DNA of 63,218 nucleotides, filler included, from Candidatus Babelota bacterium (GTDB lineage Bacteria; JAGOBX01), in the NCBI GenBank assembly GCA_017999075.1. It is 12 parts of 12 records of this genome, joined end to end, with 100 filler letters (N's around TTAATTAATTAA, not from the genome) between each part and the next. Parts side by side here need not be neighbours in the genome. Positions count along the whole stretch, not along the records: positions 1 to 12,535 come from JAGOBX010000053.1; positions 12,636 to 25,156 come from JAGOBX010000054.1; 10 more parts are not named here. One strand, 5' to 3'. Position 1 is the first letter of the stretch. Every line of letters starts with the position of its first letter. This document shows, piece after piece, positions 9,884-20,500 of this stretch. The notes under the pieces are model-generated. The model was not told the origin of the DNA. It made no database searches and saw nothing but the letters and a program-made list of their open reading frames with translations. The position numbers and the translations under genes were made by a program.

Positions 9884-10860
9884 AATTGTATTATTTCAGG
9901 AAGTTTGTCTCCGCTTACTCTCGGAGAAATAGTATCGTTTAACTGAATACTTATAAGTTCAATAATTTTATTTTTTGTCATAACTAATAACCCTGAATTT
10001 TCAGAAAAACCTGCCACTTCGCCGGGCATTATTTGACTTCCACAACTTATATCGTTTCTGACTGCTGTTTCCCATAGTATAATGGTTTTTGAGTTTATCG
10101 TAAAAAAAGCGGGATAATAAAAATTTCCTGCTCTAACTATAAGATGTATGTCTTCTGCAGTCATGGATTCAAAATTAATTTCACTGAAAGAACTTTTATA
10201 TGCCGGATAATATTGCCTTTTTGACAAATCCTGTTTAACAGGATTGATTCTTCCTGCTGATATTTCGTTCAGAGTGGATTTTAAAAGTTCAGGACCGTAA
10301 TAATTCATAATTTTAAAATTCAGCGAACTGCCTGTGTCAAAAGGTTCTATATTTATTTTAACTTTTGAAATAATGTTGCCTGCATCAAATTTATCGGTAA
10401 GCAGATGAATTGTGACTCCTGAAAATTTGGCGTTATTTCTTATTGACCATATTACAGGAGACGGTCCGGCAAATTCAGGAAGCAGGGCAGGGTGAATGTT
10501 AATTGCAGTTTTAAAAATATTAATTATTTCATTGGATATTTTTTTATCATAAGTGCAAACAACAAGAGTATCAGCGCCAGAATTTTTTAACTTTGAAATT
10601 AATTTCATATCATTATTCAAATCATCCGTAGTATAACACTGCAAATTATTTTTGAGACATGTATCGGCAATATAATTGTATTTTATATATTCTGAGAAAG
10701 TTTGTTTTCTTATATTTTCCATAACAGAAAGTTCTGAATTCAATAATTTGTTATCAGGCGATGATTCGGTTATTACAATAGAAATGTCAAATTTAGAACT
10801 TATAAGTTTTGACAAACAAACAGAACCTAATCCGATCATTCCTATAAAAACAATTTTCAT
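9880..10860 (-). CDS. Formyltransferase (Fmt/ArnA-like, probably not canonical Fmt)
   Basis: INIHPALLPEFAGPSP, SGVTIH, FDAGNII and a C-terminal Fmt-like domain; lacks FMGTP. Confidence 0.85.
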   Translation of the reverse strand: MKIVFIGMIGLGSVCLSKLISSKFDISIVITESSPDNKLLNSELSVMENIRKQTFSEYIKYNYIADTCLKNNLQCYTTDDLNNDMKLISKLKNSGADTLVVCTYDKKISNEIINIFKTAINIHPALLPEFAGPSPVIWSIRNNAKFSGVTIHLLTDKFDAGNIISKVKINIEPFDTGSSLNFKIMNYYGPELLKSTLNEISAGRINPVKQDLSKRQYYPAYKSSFSEINFESMTAEDIHLIVRAGNFYYPAFFTINSKTIILWETAVRNDISCGSQIMPGEVAGFSENSGLLVMTKNKIIELISIQLNDTISPRVSGDKLPEIIQL

Positions 10861-11618
10861 GACTGAAGTCCGTTTAAGGCTGATGCAATATCAAAATTAC
10901 TCATAATTGATTCGCCTATGAGAAATCCGTTATATCCTAATTTATGCAATTTTTTTATGTCTTCCGAATTTTTTATTCCGCTTTCGCTGATATAATATGC
11001 GTCAAGAGATTTTTGGTTAATGATGTTTTCACTTACGGAAAGACTGACTTCAAATGTATCAAGGTTTCTGTTGTTGACTCCTATAATTTCAGGCTTGTAT
11101 TTTACCGCCATTTTATATTCTGTTAAATCGTGTATTTCTGTTATTATTTCAAGATTTAAAGATTTTCCAAGAGCATAAAGGTCTGCATATTCTTTTTCTG
11201 TCAGTATTGAAACTATCAAAAGCATAATATCAGCGCCTGATTCCAAAGTTTCAAAAACCTGTTTTTCGGAAAAAATAAAGTCTTTGCGCAATATAGGTTT
11301 TAATCCGTTTGCATAAGCATATTTTATATAATCAATGCTTCCTAAAAAAAAAGTTTCTTCAGTCAGAATCGAAATTGCGTCCACCAAATTATTATCTTCA
11401 TATATTCTGAAAATAGAATGGAAATCAAAATTTTCCCGTATTATTCCTCGTGACGGTGAAGCTTTTTTTATCTCAGCTATCAAAACAGGTTGTTTTTTTG
11501 TTTTTAGAATATTTAGCAGGCTTTTTGGAGTTTTTTTTATTTTCGGATTTCCTGAAAGTATAATTGAATTTATCTGTTTTTGTTTTGATTCAATGATATT
11601 CTTTAAAAATTTTTTCAT
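10857..11618 (-). CDS. trpC: Indole-3-glycerol phosphate synthase
   Basis: IAEIKKASPSRG, ISILTE, LRKDF, IGVNNRNL, ISESGI, GFLIGESIM. Confidence 0.97.
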   Translation of the reverse strand: MKKFLKNIIESKQKQINSIILSGNPKIKKTPKSLLNILKTKKQPVLIAEIKKASPSRGIIRENFDFHSIFRIYEDNNLVDAISILTEETFFLGSIDYIKYAYANGLKPILRKDFIFSEKQVFETLESGADIMLLIVSILTEKEYADLYALGKSLNLEIITEIHDLTEYKMAVKYKPEIIGVNNRNLDTFEVSLSVSENIINQKSLDAYYISESGIKNSEDIKKLHKLGYNGFLIGESIMSNFDIASALNGLQS

Positions 11619-11706
11619 AATTTATAAATTCTATAATATTTTTTATGATAGTCAAATATAATAATTGAAAATATATTTAATTCAAAAATTACGGAAAGAT
11701 ATTGTA

Positions 11707-11799
11707 CTTTTAAATAATTAGTTTACAGCATAAACTTATTATATTAACACTATTTTTATTGATTATCCATTAACCATTTGTAAACTAATTATTTAAAAG
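11707..11799. repeat. Perfect 21-bp inverted repeat flanking a 51-bp core
   Basis: CTTTTAAATAATTAGTTTACA (11707-11727) and TGTAAACTAATTATTTAAAAG (11779-11799). Confidence 0.9.
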
Positions 11800-11912
11800 C
11801 AGAGTGTTATATTGAAAAAGGATAATGCATTTTTAATCAGCGTATATTATAATAATTATGTTATAATTTTATAAAATATTACAAAATCAGCAGGGATTTT
11901 TTTAAATATACA

Positions 11913-12535
11913 ATGCAAAAGATAATACTATATTTTTTCCTTTTATTATTTTTTGATTACGGAATATTGTTTGCCGGCAATCAGAATAAAATTATAGTAT
12001 TTTACAACAGTGAATGTGATAATTGTATTATTGTCAAAGAAACTGTTCTTGTGCCACTTTTAAAAAAAGAAAATCTAAATTATGAAATATTAGATATAAC
12101 TTTTGCCGATACTTATATGCTGTTTACTGAAATAGAAAAAATAACCGGAGATACTCAAAATTTTGAAACTCCAATAGTTTTATTTAATAATAAACTTTTT
12201 TCAGGAAAAGACGAAATTTTAAATGATTTTACTGATGAAATAGAATATTGCCGCAAAAACAAAATAGATGGTTTTTATAAAAAAAAAATTACCGAAATAA
12301 TTGAACACAAAAATAATATAATAAAAAAAAGATTTGATATCCCGTATTTTTTTAAAAAAGGATGTTCCGAATGTTCAAGAATAGAAAAAGATCTGCAGTT
12401 AATAAAATCGTCCAATCCCCTGATAAATATTATAAAGTTTAATATAACTGATAGTTATTCTACTGTGTTATATGAATCTTTATGTGAAAAGTTCGGAGTC
12501 AACCGTGAAAACAGACTTATAGTTCCAGCAGTATT
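11913..12535 (+). CDS. Exported protein with tandem thioredoxin/glutaredoxin-like CxxC domains (CcdA-associated type), 3' truncated
   Basis: Signal peptide; VFYNSECDNC...TPIV and YFFKKGCSEC...VPAV. Confidence 0.75.
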
Positions 12536-12635
12536 NNNNNNNNNNNNNNNNNNNNNNNNNNNNNNNNNNNNNNNNNNNNTTAATTAATTAANNNNNNNNN
12601 NNNNNNNNNNNNNNNNNNNNNNNNNNNNNNNNNNN
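12536..12635. other. Artificial contig linker
   Basis: N44-TTAATTAATTAA-N44 (stops in all six frames). Confidence 0.99.
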
Positions 12636-12637
12636 GA

Positions 12638-13000
12638 AACAATACGAGTTTTCACGAACTATTTGATAAAAAAATCATGCCTGCTGTCAAAGATGCAGAA
12701 CCTATCTTCAGCAAAAAAGGAAATGACGAAGGGGTAGAACATTTGTTGAATAAAATCGCAGATTTTTCTATTATTGATGCATTTCAATTTTTTGGTTATA
12801 AAAAGGAAAATTTAAAATATATGTTTGCGTTATCTCCATACGAAGAACTATGCTGGGCCATAAAAAAAAATAATGAAAGTCTTACTTATGCTGTAAAACA
12901 ATTTTTGAAAAAATATAAAAAATCGGGAAAATTCGATAAAATATTTAAAAAATATCTCGGAGTCTCAGAAAAAGAATATAACAATATGCTAAAAAAATAA
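12638..13000 (+). CDS. Amino-acid-type substrate-binding domain protein (SBP family 3), C-terminal fragment
   Basis: Frame open to contig edge; KIADFSIID, WAIKKNNESL and KSGKFDKIFKKYLG typical of the PBPb C-terminus. Confidence 0.75.
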   Translation, partial: NNTSFHELFDKKIMPAVKDAEPIFSKKGNDEGVEHLLNKIADFSIIDAFQFFGYKKENLKYMFALSPYEELCWAIKKNNESLTYAVKQFLKKYKKSGKFDKIFKKYLGVSEKEYNNMLKK

Positions 13001-13045
13001 TAATTAAAATAACTAAATTATTCGGCAGCCGGATAAAAAAATATA

Positions 13046-13879
13046 TTAATGAAAATAATCATTCAGAGGTAAAAACGAAAAATGATGTTTAATATTTATT
13101 TTTTCCAAAAGTTCAGACATCCTTAATTTTTCATTTCTCCAATAAATGTTATGCGCATCAAAATCAGAATACAGAACTTTCAATTTTTCGCCTAATTCAG
13201 GATTTAATTTTGATAATAGTTCTATCATTTTATCAACAGGAGCAGAATTTTTATTTAAATTTTCAAACTCTATTTTTTTTACTTTAAATTTTAAAATATC
13301 AGATACAATAGAATCAATATCAGTAAAATACGGTATTATAGGCCCTACATGAACCCAAACATTTATTTTTTCATTAATCAAATTTTCTATAGATGAAAGC
13401 CGTTTTTTATACGAAGGAGAACCATTTTCAAATAATTCCGATATTTTTTCATTTTTATCAGATAAAGTAAAAAAAACTGAAACTTTAGGTAATTTTTTTA
13501 ATATATCTATATCTCTCAAAATCAAATCACTACGGGTAAGTATCACTGTTTTAATTTTATGTTCAGCTAAAATTTCAAGTATTTTCCTCGTTAATTCATA
13601 TTTTTTTTCCACTGGCTGATAAACTTCTGTTATAGAACCAAGAAGCACTTTTTCAGGTTTAACCTTTTCAAGTTCCTGTTCAAGCAGAAAAGGAGCGTTA
13701 ATTTTTATATCAACAAAACTTCCCCAGTCGCGTTTGGATTTCAAATTACGTTTTGAATATCTGGCATAACAGTACAAACACGAATATTGACAGCCGACAT
13801 AATGATTTATAACATAATCAGCAAGGGAAATCTGAGTCCTGCTCAAAATCTTTTCAGCGCAAATTTCATTAAATTTCAT
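13046..13879 (-). CDS. Radical SAM protein, spore photoproduct lyase-like family
   Basis: INHYVGCQYSCLYCYA, VDIKINAP, GSITEVYQPVE, ILTRSDLILRDIDIL. Confidence 0.9.
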   Translation of the reverse strand: MKFNEICAEKILSRTQISLADYVINHYVGCQYSCLYCYARYSKRNLKSKRDWGSFVDIKINAPFLLEQELEKVKPEKVLLGSITEVYQPVEKKYELTRKILEILAEHKIKTVILTRSDLILRDIDILKKLPKVSVFFTLSDKNEKISELFENGSPSYKKRLSSIENLINEKINVWVHVGPIIPYFTDIDSIVSDILKFKVKKIEFENLNKNSAPVDKMIELLSKLNPELGEKLKVLYSDFDAHNIYWRNEKLRMSELLEKINIKHHFSFLPLNDYFH

Positions 13880-15081
13880 TTAACTTTTTCTATAGCTCTT
13901 TTAAATCCCGGGAAAGAACCGAATATTGTTTTTTCACTTACGCAATAAGCAAGACGAAAATAACCCGATCTTCCAAATCCTGTTCCAGGCACAGCAAGAA
14001 TATTTTCACTTAATAAAATATCCTTGAATTTAACATCATCTTCTATTGGTGATTTCACAAATAAATAAAACGCTCCTTCCGTCTTATATATTTCATAACC
14101 TGCAGAAGTTAAAAAATCATATAAAATATTTCTTCTTCTCTCATATAAAAATTTATCAACCTGAACGCTGTATTCATAAATCAGATTTCCTATAACTCTT
14201 TGCATAGTGGCTGAGGCATTAACAAATCCAAGAATTCTGTTGCACATAACCATAGCGTCAAACAATTCCAATTTTCCTTCACAATCAGGATTTATTAAAG
14301 CGTATCCAAGACGTTCTCCTGGCAGAGATAATTCTTTAGAATACGAATTAACAATTATTGTATTCTGATAAATATTAAGCATTGACGGAATTTTTCTATC
14401 ATCATAAATTATGTTTCTATATGGTTCATCCGATATTATATAAATAGGCCTTCCAAATTTTTCCGAATATTTTCTCAGCAAATCCGCCAATTGAACAAGA
14501 TTAGATTCAGAATAAACTTTTCCTGTAGGATTATTCGGGGAATTAATAATTATAGCGCTGGTTTTATCTGATATGCTTTTTTCAATATTTTTAATATCAA
14601 TATCAAAATCAGAAGTCGAATCAGCAATCTCAATAATTCCTCCATGATTATCTACATAAAAAATATATTCGGCAAAATAAGGCGCAATCAGTATAACTTC
14701 ATCGCGTTTATTCAAAATACTTTTTAACGCTATATTAATTGCGCCTGCAGCGCCAGAAGTCATAATCAAATTGTTGATTGAAATCTTTTTGTCATATATT
14801 TCAGATAATCTTGATGCCAATTTATTTCTTGTATCCGGATACCCGGCATTCGGCATATACGAGTGGTTTTCAGGTTTACGTTCACAACATAATTTAGAAT
14901 AGCAATCAAAAAAAGCATCAGGAGGAGGAGCATCAGGATTTCCAAGACTGAAATCAAAAACATTTTCAGCTCCGTATTTTATTTTTAATTCATTGCCTGT
15001 TTCAAACATTTTTCTAATCCAGGACGAATGAGTCAACTGTTTCTTTATTTTTTTCGAAATATAATTTAACTTAGACGGCAT
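13876..15081 (-). CDS. PLP-dependent aminotransferase class I/II (aspartate aminotransferase-like)
   Basis: SWIRKMFE, DFSLGNP, NSPNNPTG, SDEPY, SYSKELSLPGERLGY. Confidence 0.95.
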   Translation of the reverse strand: MPSKLNYISKKIKKQLTHSSWIRKMFETGNELKIKYGAENVFDFSLGNPDAPPPDAFFDCYSKLCCERKPENHSYMPNAGYPDTRNKLASRLSEIYDKKISINNLIMTSGAAGAINIALKSILNKRDEVILIAPYFAEYIFYVDNHGGIIEIADSTSDFDIDIKNIEKSISDKTSAIIINSPNNPTGKVYSESNLVQLADLLRKYSEKFGRPIYIISDEPYRNIIYDDRKIPSMLNIYQNTIIVNSYSKELSLPGERLGYALINPDCEGKLELFDAMVMCNRILGFVNASATMQRVIGNLIYEYSVQVDKFLYERRRNILYDFLTSAGYEIYKTEGAFYLFVKSPIEDDVKFKDILLSENILAVPGTGFGRSGYFRLAYCVSEKTIFGSFPGFKRAIEKVK

Positions 15082-15125
15082 TTAATTTCCTCCAATTTTT
15101 TTATGAAAAATTTAATTAAAAAAAG

Positions 15126-16202
15126 TTATAATATTTTTTCAATTACTCCTGCGCCAATAACCGAATCATTATCATAAAATACTGCAAATTGTCCTGGAGC
15201 TATTGATTTTTGAGGAGTGTCAAATTTTACATTAACCTCACCATCATTCAATGGACTTATCACAGCTTCAGATTCTTTATGCAGATACCTTATTCTGCAT
15301 TTCACCTTTAAATCATAATCAAGTTTTGAAATTTGTATCCAATTCAAATTTTTAACAACCAGTTTATCATTCAAAAGATATTGTTCGGTTCCTACATAAA
15401 CTATATTGTTCTGTTTATCTATTCTTGTAACATACAATGGTTCTTTGTAACTTATTCCAAGACCACGGCGCTGGCCGATTGTATAATAAATAATTCCTTT
15501 ATGTTCGCCTAATGTTTCTCCCCATTCAGTTTTCACCAATCCATTTGAAACAGCGGTTTTATCCAATAATTCAGTATAATCTCCAGAATAAAAATCCTGA
15601 CTTTCTTCCTTGCGAGATGCGGGCAGTTTTAATGAACCGGCAATTTCTCGAACCTTTTTTTTTGTTAAGCCAGCAAGCGGAAAAATTATTTTAGAAAGCT
15701 GTTCCTGAGATAACAGCGACAAAAAATATGTTTGATCTTTTGATAAATCAGCAGCTTTTTTCAGCAAATATCTTTTTATATGTTCATCATATTCTATTTT
15801 AGCATAATGACCTGTCGCAAAATTATCAAACGATACTCCTATTTTTTTTATATTGCTGAGCAAAGCGTTAAACTTAATATTTTTATTGCATATAACGCAA
15901 GGATTAGGAGTTCTTGCATTATGATATTCAGATTTAAAATAATCAATAATAACCTTGTTGTATTCCTCTGACAGATCAACAATATGAAGCGGAATATTAA
16001 GTAGTTCTACGGTTTGCCTGATTGTCTCAAGGTCTTCTTTCTCATGACTGCTGAAACAAGCGTCTTTATAGTTTGCTGGAGAAAATTTTTCATTCCAAAT
16101 TTTCATTGTAACGCCTATTACATTATATCCTTTTTCCAGAAGTAAAGCAGCAGACACTGAAGAATCTACTCCTCCACTCAATCCTACAATTACTGTTTTC
16201 AC
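15126..16202 (-). CDS. mnmA: tRNA-specific 2-thiouridylase
   Basis: SGGVDSS, TPNPCVICN, ATGHY, KDQTYFL, ESQD, YTIGQRRGLG, APGQFAVFY. Confidence 0.97.
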   Translation of the reverse strand: MKTVIVGLSGGVDSSVSAALLLEKGYNVIGVTMKIWNEKFSPANYKDACFSSHEKEDLETIRQTVELLNIPLHIVDLSEEYNKVIIDYFKSEYHNARTPNPCVICNKNIKFNALLSNIKKIGVSFDNFATGHYAKIEYDEHIKRYLLKKAADLSKDQTYFLSLLSQEQLSKIIFPLAGLTKKKVREIAGSLKLPASRKEESQDFYSGDYTELLDKTAVSNGLVKTEWGETLGEHKGIIYYTIGQRRGLGISYKEPLYVTRIDKQNNIVYVGTEQYLLNDKLVVKNLNWIQISKLDYDLKVKCRIRYLHKESEAVISPLNDGEVNVKFDTPQKSIAPGQFAVFYDNDSVIGAGVIEKIL

Positions 16203-16271
16203 ATTATTATTTCCTTTATTTACTAAGTTTTAAATATCGAAAATTAAAAATTTTTATATTTATTCCGTATA

Positions 16272-16829
16272 TTATTTTTGAATTATTTCAGCTTCAAAAA
16301 CCTCAAACAAAGTATTTTTATTTTTCCATAAATCCATATCGCCGCCGGCTTTTATAGAAAGATGGGCAAGAGTAGTTTCAATATCCCAATTTTGTTCCAC
16401 TGCAACCTGCGGCAGAAATACAGCCTGGTAAAATCCGTTTTTCAAAATAATTCCATGTTGGCCGATTATAATATCTTTATATGAATTAATTTTTTCCGGC
16501 ACGGATAATACACTTATCTCAATATCAACTTCTTCAAATTCTGATTTTGAAAGCGCAGTGAAACGAGGATCATTAAAAGCAGCATTATAAGCATTTTCTA
16601 TAACAGCGGTATAAAGCGGTTTATAAGGTAATATGTATCCTATACATCCTCTCAAAGCTCCGGAAATATGAAGAGTCACAAACACTCCTCGCTTTTCTTT
16701 AAAAAAATCATCAATTTCAGATTCATCAATTTTCAAAATTTTACCTGTGTCCAAATATGTTTTAATTGTTTTTTCAGCAAGTTCAATTAAAAAAATTTTT
16801 TGAGTGCTGCTCATTGCCATTAAAATCAT
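16272..16829 (-). CDS. amrA: AMMECR1-family protein (AmmeMemoRadiSam system protein A)
   Basis: GVFVTL, LRGCIG, AFNDPRF, IEISVLS, AVFLPQVAVEQNWD, KAG. Confidence 0.93.
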   Translation of the reverse strand: MILMAMSSTQKIFLIELAEKTIKTYLDTGKILKIDESEIDDFFKEKRGVFVTLHISGALRGCIGYILPYKPLYTAVIENAYNAAFNDPRFTALSKSEFEEVDIEISVLSVPEKINSYKDIIIGQHGIILKNGFYQAVFLPQVAVEQNWDIETTLAHLSIKAGGDMDLWKNKNTLFEVFEAEIIQK

Positions 16830-16837
16830 CTCCTTTT

Positions 16838-17515
16838 CTAAAGATTAGATGCTTTTTTTATCGGATCCTCAATCCCTGCGTTTTTAAATCCTTTTTCCCT
16901 TAAAATACACGCCGGGCATTTTCCGCAAGGAGGTTTTGTTCCGTTATAACAAGTATGACTAAGTCCAAGAGCTTCCATAGCGTCAAGTTTAAGCGCAAGT
17001 TTCACAGATTCAGATTTAGTCAAAAACATCAGCGGAGTAAAAATTTTAAATTTACACCCCATTCCAAGCGATATTGTTTTTTCAAGAGATTTCATAACAT
17101 CATTTCTGCAATCAGGATAATTAGAATAATCTGTCTGGCAAACCCCTGTCACTATATTGAAAATTTTTTTTGTGTACGCATAAGCCGCTGCAAAAGTTAT
17201 AAAAATCAAATTTCTTCCAGGCACAAAAGACACTGGAATACCTTTTGGCTTTCCTACAGGATTTTCTACTGATTTATCAGTAAGCGATGACCCGCCAATC
17301 TGCGAAAAAGCTGGTATTTTGATAATATTCAATTTCACTCCGGCAAGTTTTGAAATTTGTTTTGCTGAATTCAATTCAATTCTATGTTTCTGCCCATAAT
17401 CAAAAAATACAGTTTCCACATAATCAAATTTTCGTTTAGCCCAAAACAAACACGTTGTAGAATCCTGGCCTCCGGAAAATACAACAACACACTTTCTTTT
17501 ATTTAAAGTTACCAT
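16838..17515 (-). CDS. queC: 7-cyano-7-deazaguanine synthase
   Basis: FSGGQDSTTC, YGQKH, FVPGRN, YPDCR and HTCY...CGKCPAC zinc site. Confidence 0.97.
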   Translation of the reverse strand: MVTLNKRKCVVVFSGGQDSTTCLFWAKRKFDYVETVFFDYGQKHRIELNSAKQISKLAGVKLNIIKIPAFSQIGGSSLTDKSVENPVGKPKGIPVSFVPGRNLIFITFAAAYAYTKKIFNIVTGVCQTDYSNYPDCRNDVMKSLEKTISLGMGCKFKIFTPLMFLTKSESVKLALKLDAMEALGLSHTCYNGTKPPCGKCPACILREKGFKNAGIEDPIKKASNL

Positions 17516-17535
17516 AATTTTCCCTTCTGAAAAAA

Positions 17536-20500
17536 TTATTTTATTTTATGCTTCAATTCATTAAGTTTTATCGCCGCATCAGCAGCAAAATCAGATGTAG
17601 GGTCAATCTTAAGAAGCAATATATATAAATCATACGCATCTTTATAATTATTATTTTTATAATATAACCCTGCAAGTTTTGATAAAACCTGAATATTATT
17701 TTTATCCAAATTATAAAGTTTTTCATATAATTTCACAGCATCAGTGAAATTACTATTTTTTTCCAATACCGAAGCAAGAGTTTTGATAAAAACCGTATTT
17801 TCAGGTTCCATATCAAACGCTTTGTTTAATTTTTTTATTGCTTCCGGAATTCGCCCAAGTTTAGCAAATAACTCTCCGCTCTGATAATAATATGAAGAAG
17901 GTTTAATATCGAATTTATCACAAAGTTCAAAAAGTTTCAAAGCAAACTCATAATTTTGAAGGTAAATAGAACTGAGCGCAAGATTATAATTCAATTTAAA
18001 ATCATTCACTCCGTTCTCATATAATTTAAACATAATATCATACGATTTTCTATAAATCCCTTTTTCAAAATAAATTGAAGCGTAACGCATTGAACTGAGT
18101 AAAATTTTAGAATCAATTCTTCCTGAAATCGAATCAAACATTTTCGAATATGAACCAGCTGCTCCGGCAATATCATTAAATTCGAAATACAAATCACCAA
18201 CAACGTGAAATAATTTTTTCTGTTTAGGATCGATATTCAAAGACTTTGAAAACAATTCAAGAGCTTCTTTTTTTCTTTCTGATTTCAGATAGGCTTCAGC
18301 AAGAAGGGTTAACGGTTCCGAATCTTTAAGTTTACTAACAGCAAATTCTAAAAAGGGTTCTGCTTTTTTATGTTCGTTTTTATAAATAAGCAATTTCCCG
18401 AAAATTTTATTAAATTCAGGATTATCATTTTTCGAATTAAATGCTCCCGATTTATAAATTTCACTATATGCCTGTTCATAATTATTAAGATAATATGAAC
18501 AAAAACCTGAATACAAATAATATTTAGGGGTAACTGAATTTTTCAATTTATTGTTGATGATCAATCCATTAAACAGCCTCGAAGAATCTTTATAATTTTT
18601 TATATTAAAGGCGGCAATCGCAAATTTTTCTATTGAATTCGAAGTTTGACTGCCAAAATTTTTCACAAATGAATAATAGTGGTAAGATTTAGAATATTCT
18701 TTCAGTTCGTAATAAAAATCACCTGTTTTTACAGAAATATTATCAAGATAATCCAGCGATTCTTTATCTGTAATTTTATTTTCAGCAATATTCCTTATAA
18801 AATTATCATAATACTGTATTAGTTCTCCGTCAATTTTATTTCCGGAATTTAAATAGGTCTCTGCTGCATACCTGAGAATATCTGATTTTAACTTAGGGGC
18901 AATCTGTTTTTCCAGCAGCAGATTATTAAACTGCACTAATGAATCCGCATATTTTTTTGATTTCATTAACGAATATGCGTATTCAAAATTCTGAATTTGG
19001 TTTCTGTTTCCTATCTTATTATATAATTCAGCGCATTTATCGAACTCATTAATTTCAAAATATGATTTAGCAAGTTTTTCATTAATCTTCTCATAACTGT
19101 GCCTGATCTTTGATAACGAATTCAAATATCCTGCAGCGTTCTGATAATTTTTCAAATTAAAATACAGATTCCCCAAAAAATATAAAGCTTCCATATTTTC
19201 AGGATTATATTTTACGGCAATTTTATAAAATTCGGCAGCTTTATTCGAATTGTTATTTGCATCAAAAAACTTTGCAGCTGCAACAGCATATTCTTCAGAA
19301 GGATGCATAGAATATAATTTCAAATAATATTTTTCTGCTGAAACTGCATCCCCGGTTTTATTATAAATATCTGCCAGCGCATTAAAAATTTTTATGTTAT
19401 CGGACTTGTCTTCAACTAACGCCAGATATTTCAGCGCTTTCTCAAATTTTTTAATTTCATAATAATATAATCCTATAGCAGCATATGGAATTGTGAGATT
19501 ATAATTCATCTCTGAAAGTTTATTGAAATAATTTTCGGCTTTTTCAATATTTTTCAGCTGAAAATAAGTATTTCCCGCAATACTGTATAATTCTTTTTTA
19601 GAATTATCGTCAAAACCATCTATGCCGTTTTCGAGTTCTTCGGAAATTTTTGCGCAATCTTCATATTTTTGAAGATCATAATTTATTTTTATTTTTTTAA
19701 ACAATGACGGATAATATCTTTTATCTTTAGGAGAAATACTTTTAGAAAACATATCATAATATTTTAAAGCTGAATTATATTCAGTTTTATCATAAAATAT
19801 TCCGCCAAGATAATACGCAAAGTCATAATGGACCTTATCTCCTGTCTTTTCATATTCAATAAAATAATCTGCTGCATTTTTATATTCTTTATTCATCCAG
19901 AACACAACCGCAATATTGTAATTAAGATTCTTTAAAGATTTTTTTGCAGCAGGATTCATCCTGTTAACAAGTTCTATTATTTCTTTGTACCGCTGACTAT
20001 TAAAATAATAAAGCATAATATATTCAAGTTTATCGAATTGATAATCAGAAGTAATATTAAAATATTTTATAATATATTCCGCTGCTTTATCCGGTTTATC
20101 AAGTTTTCTGTAAGAAACTATAATATGTTCAATTAAATCCGGACGGGTTATTTTATCAAGTTTTTCATAATATCTTACTGCATTCGCATAATCAGAATTT
20201 TCATAAAATAATTCTGATATTTTCAGATAAATATCAGGTTTACCTGAATTAGTATATTTGTCATACTGTTCATAATAATAAGCTGACGATGCCGGATCAG
20301 TTTTCTCATAAAATTCTGCAAGTCGTATGCACGCATCCTGCTGTTTATATTCGAATTTAAAAGCAAGATAATAATAATAACGCGCGGCATCAATATTATT
20401 CAATTTTTCAAAACTTTCAGCTAATATCCTGAAAATTTCAGGATTTTCCTTATGAATCTTTATGTATTTTTTAGAATAACTTACAGAACTCGCGTAATCG

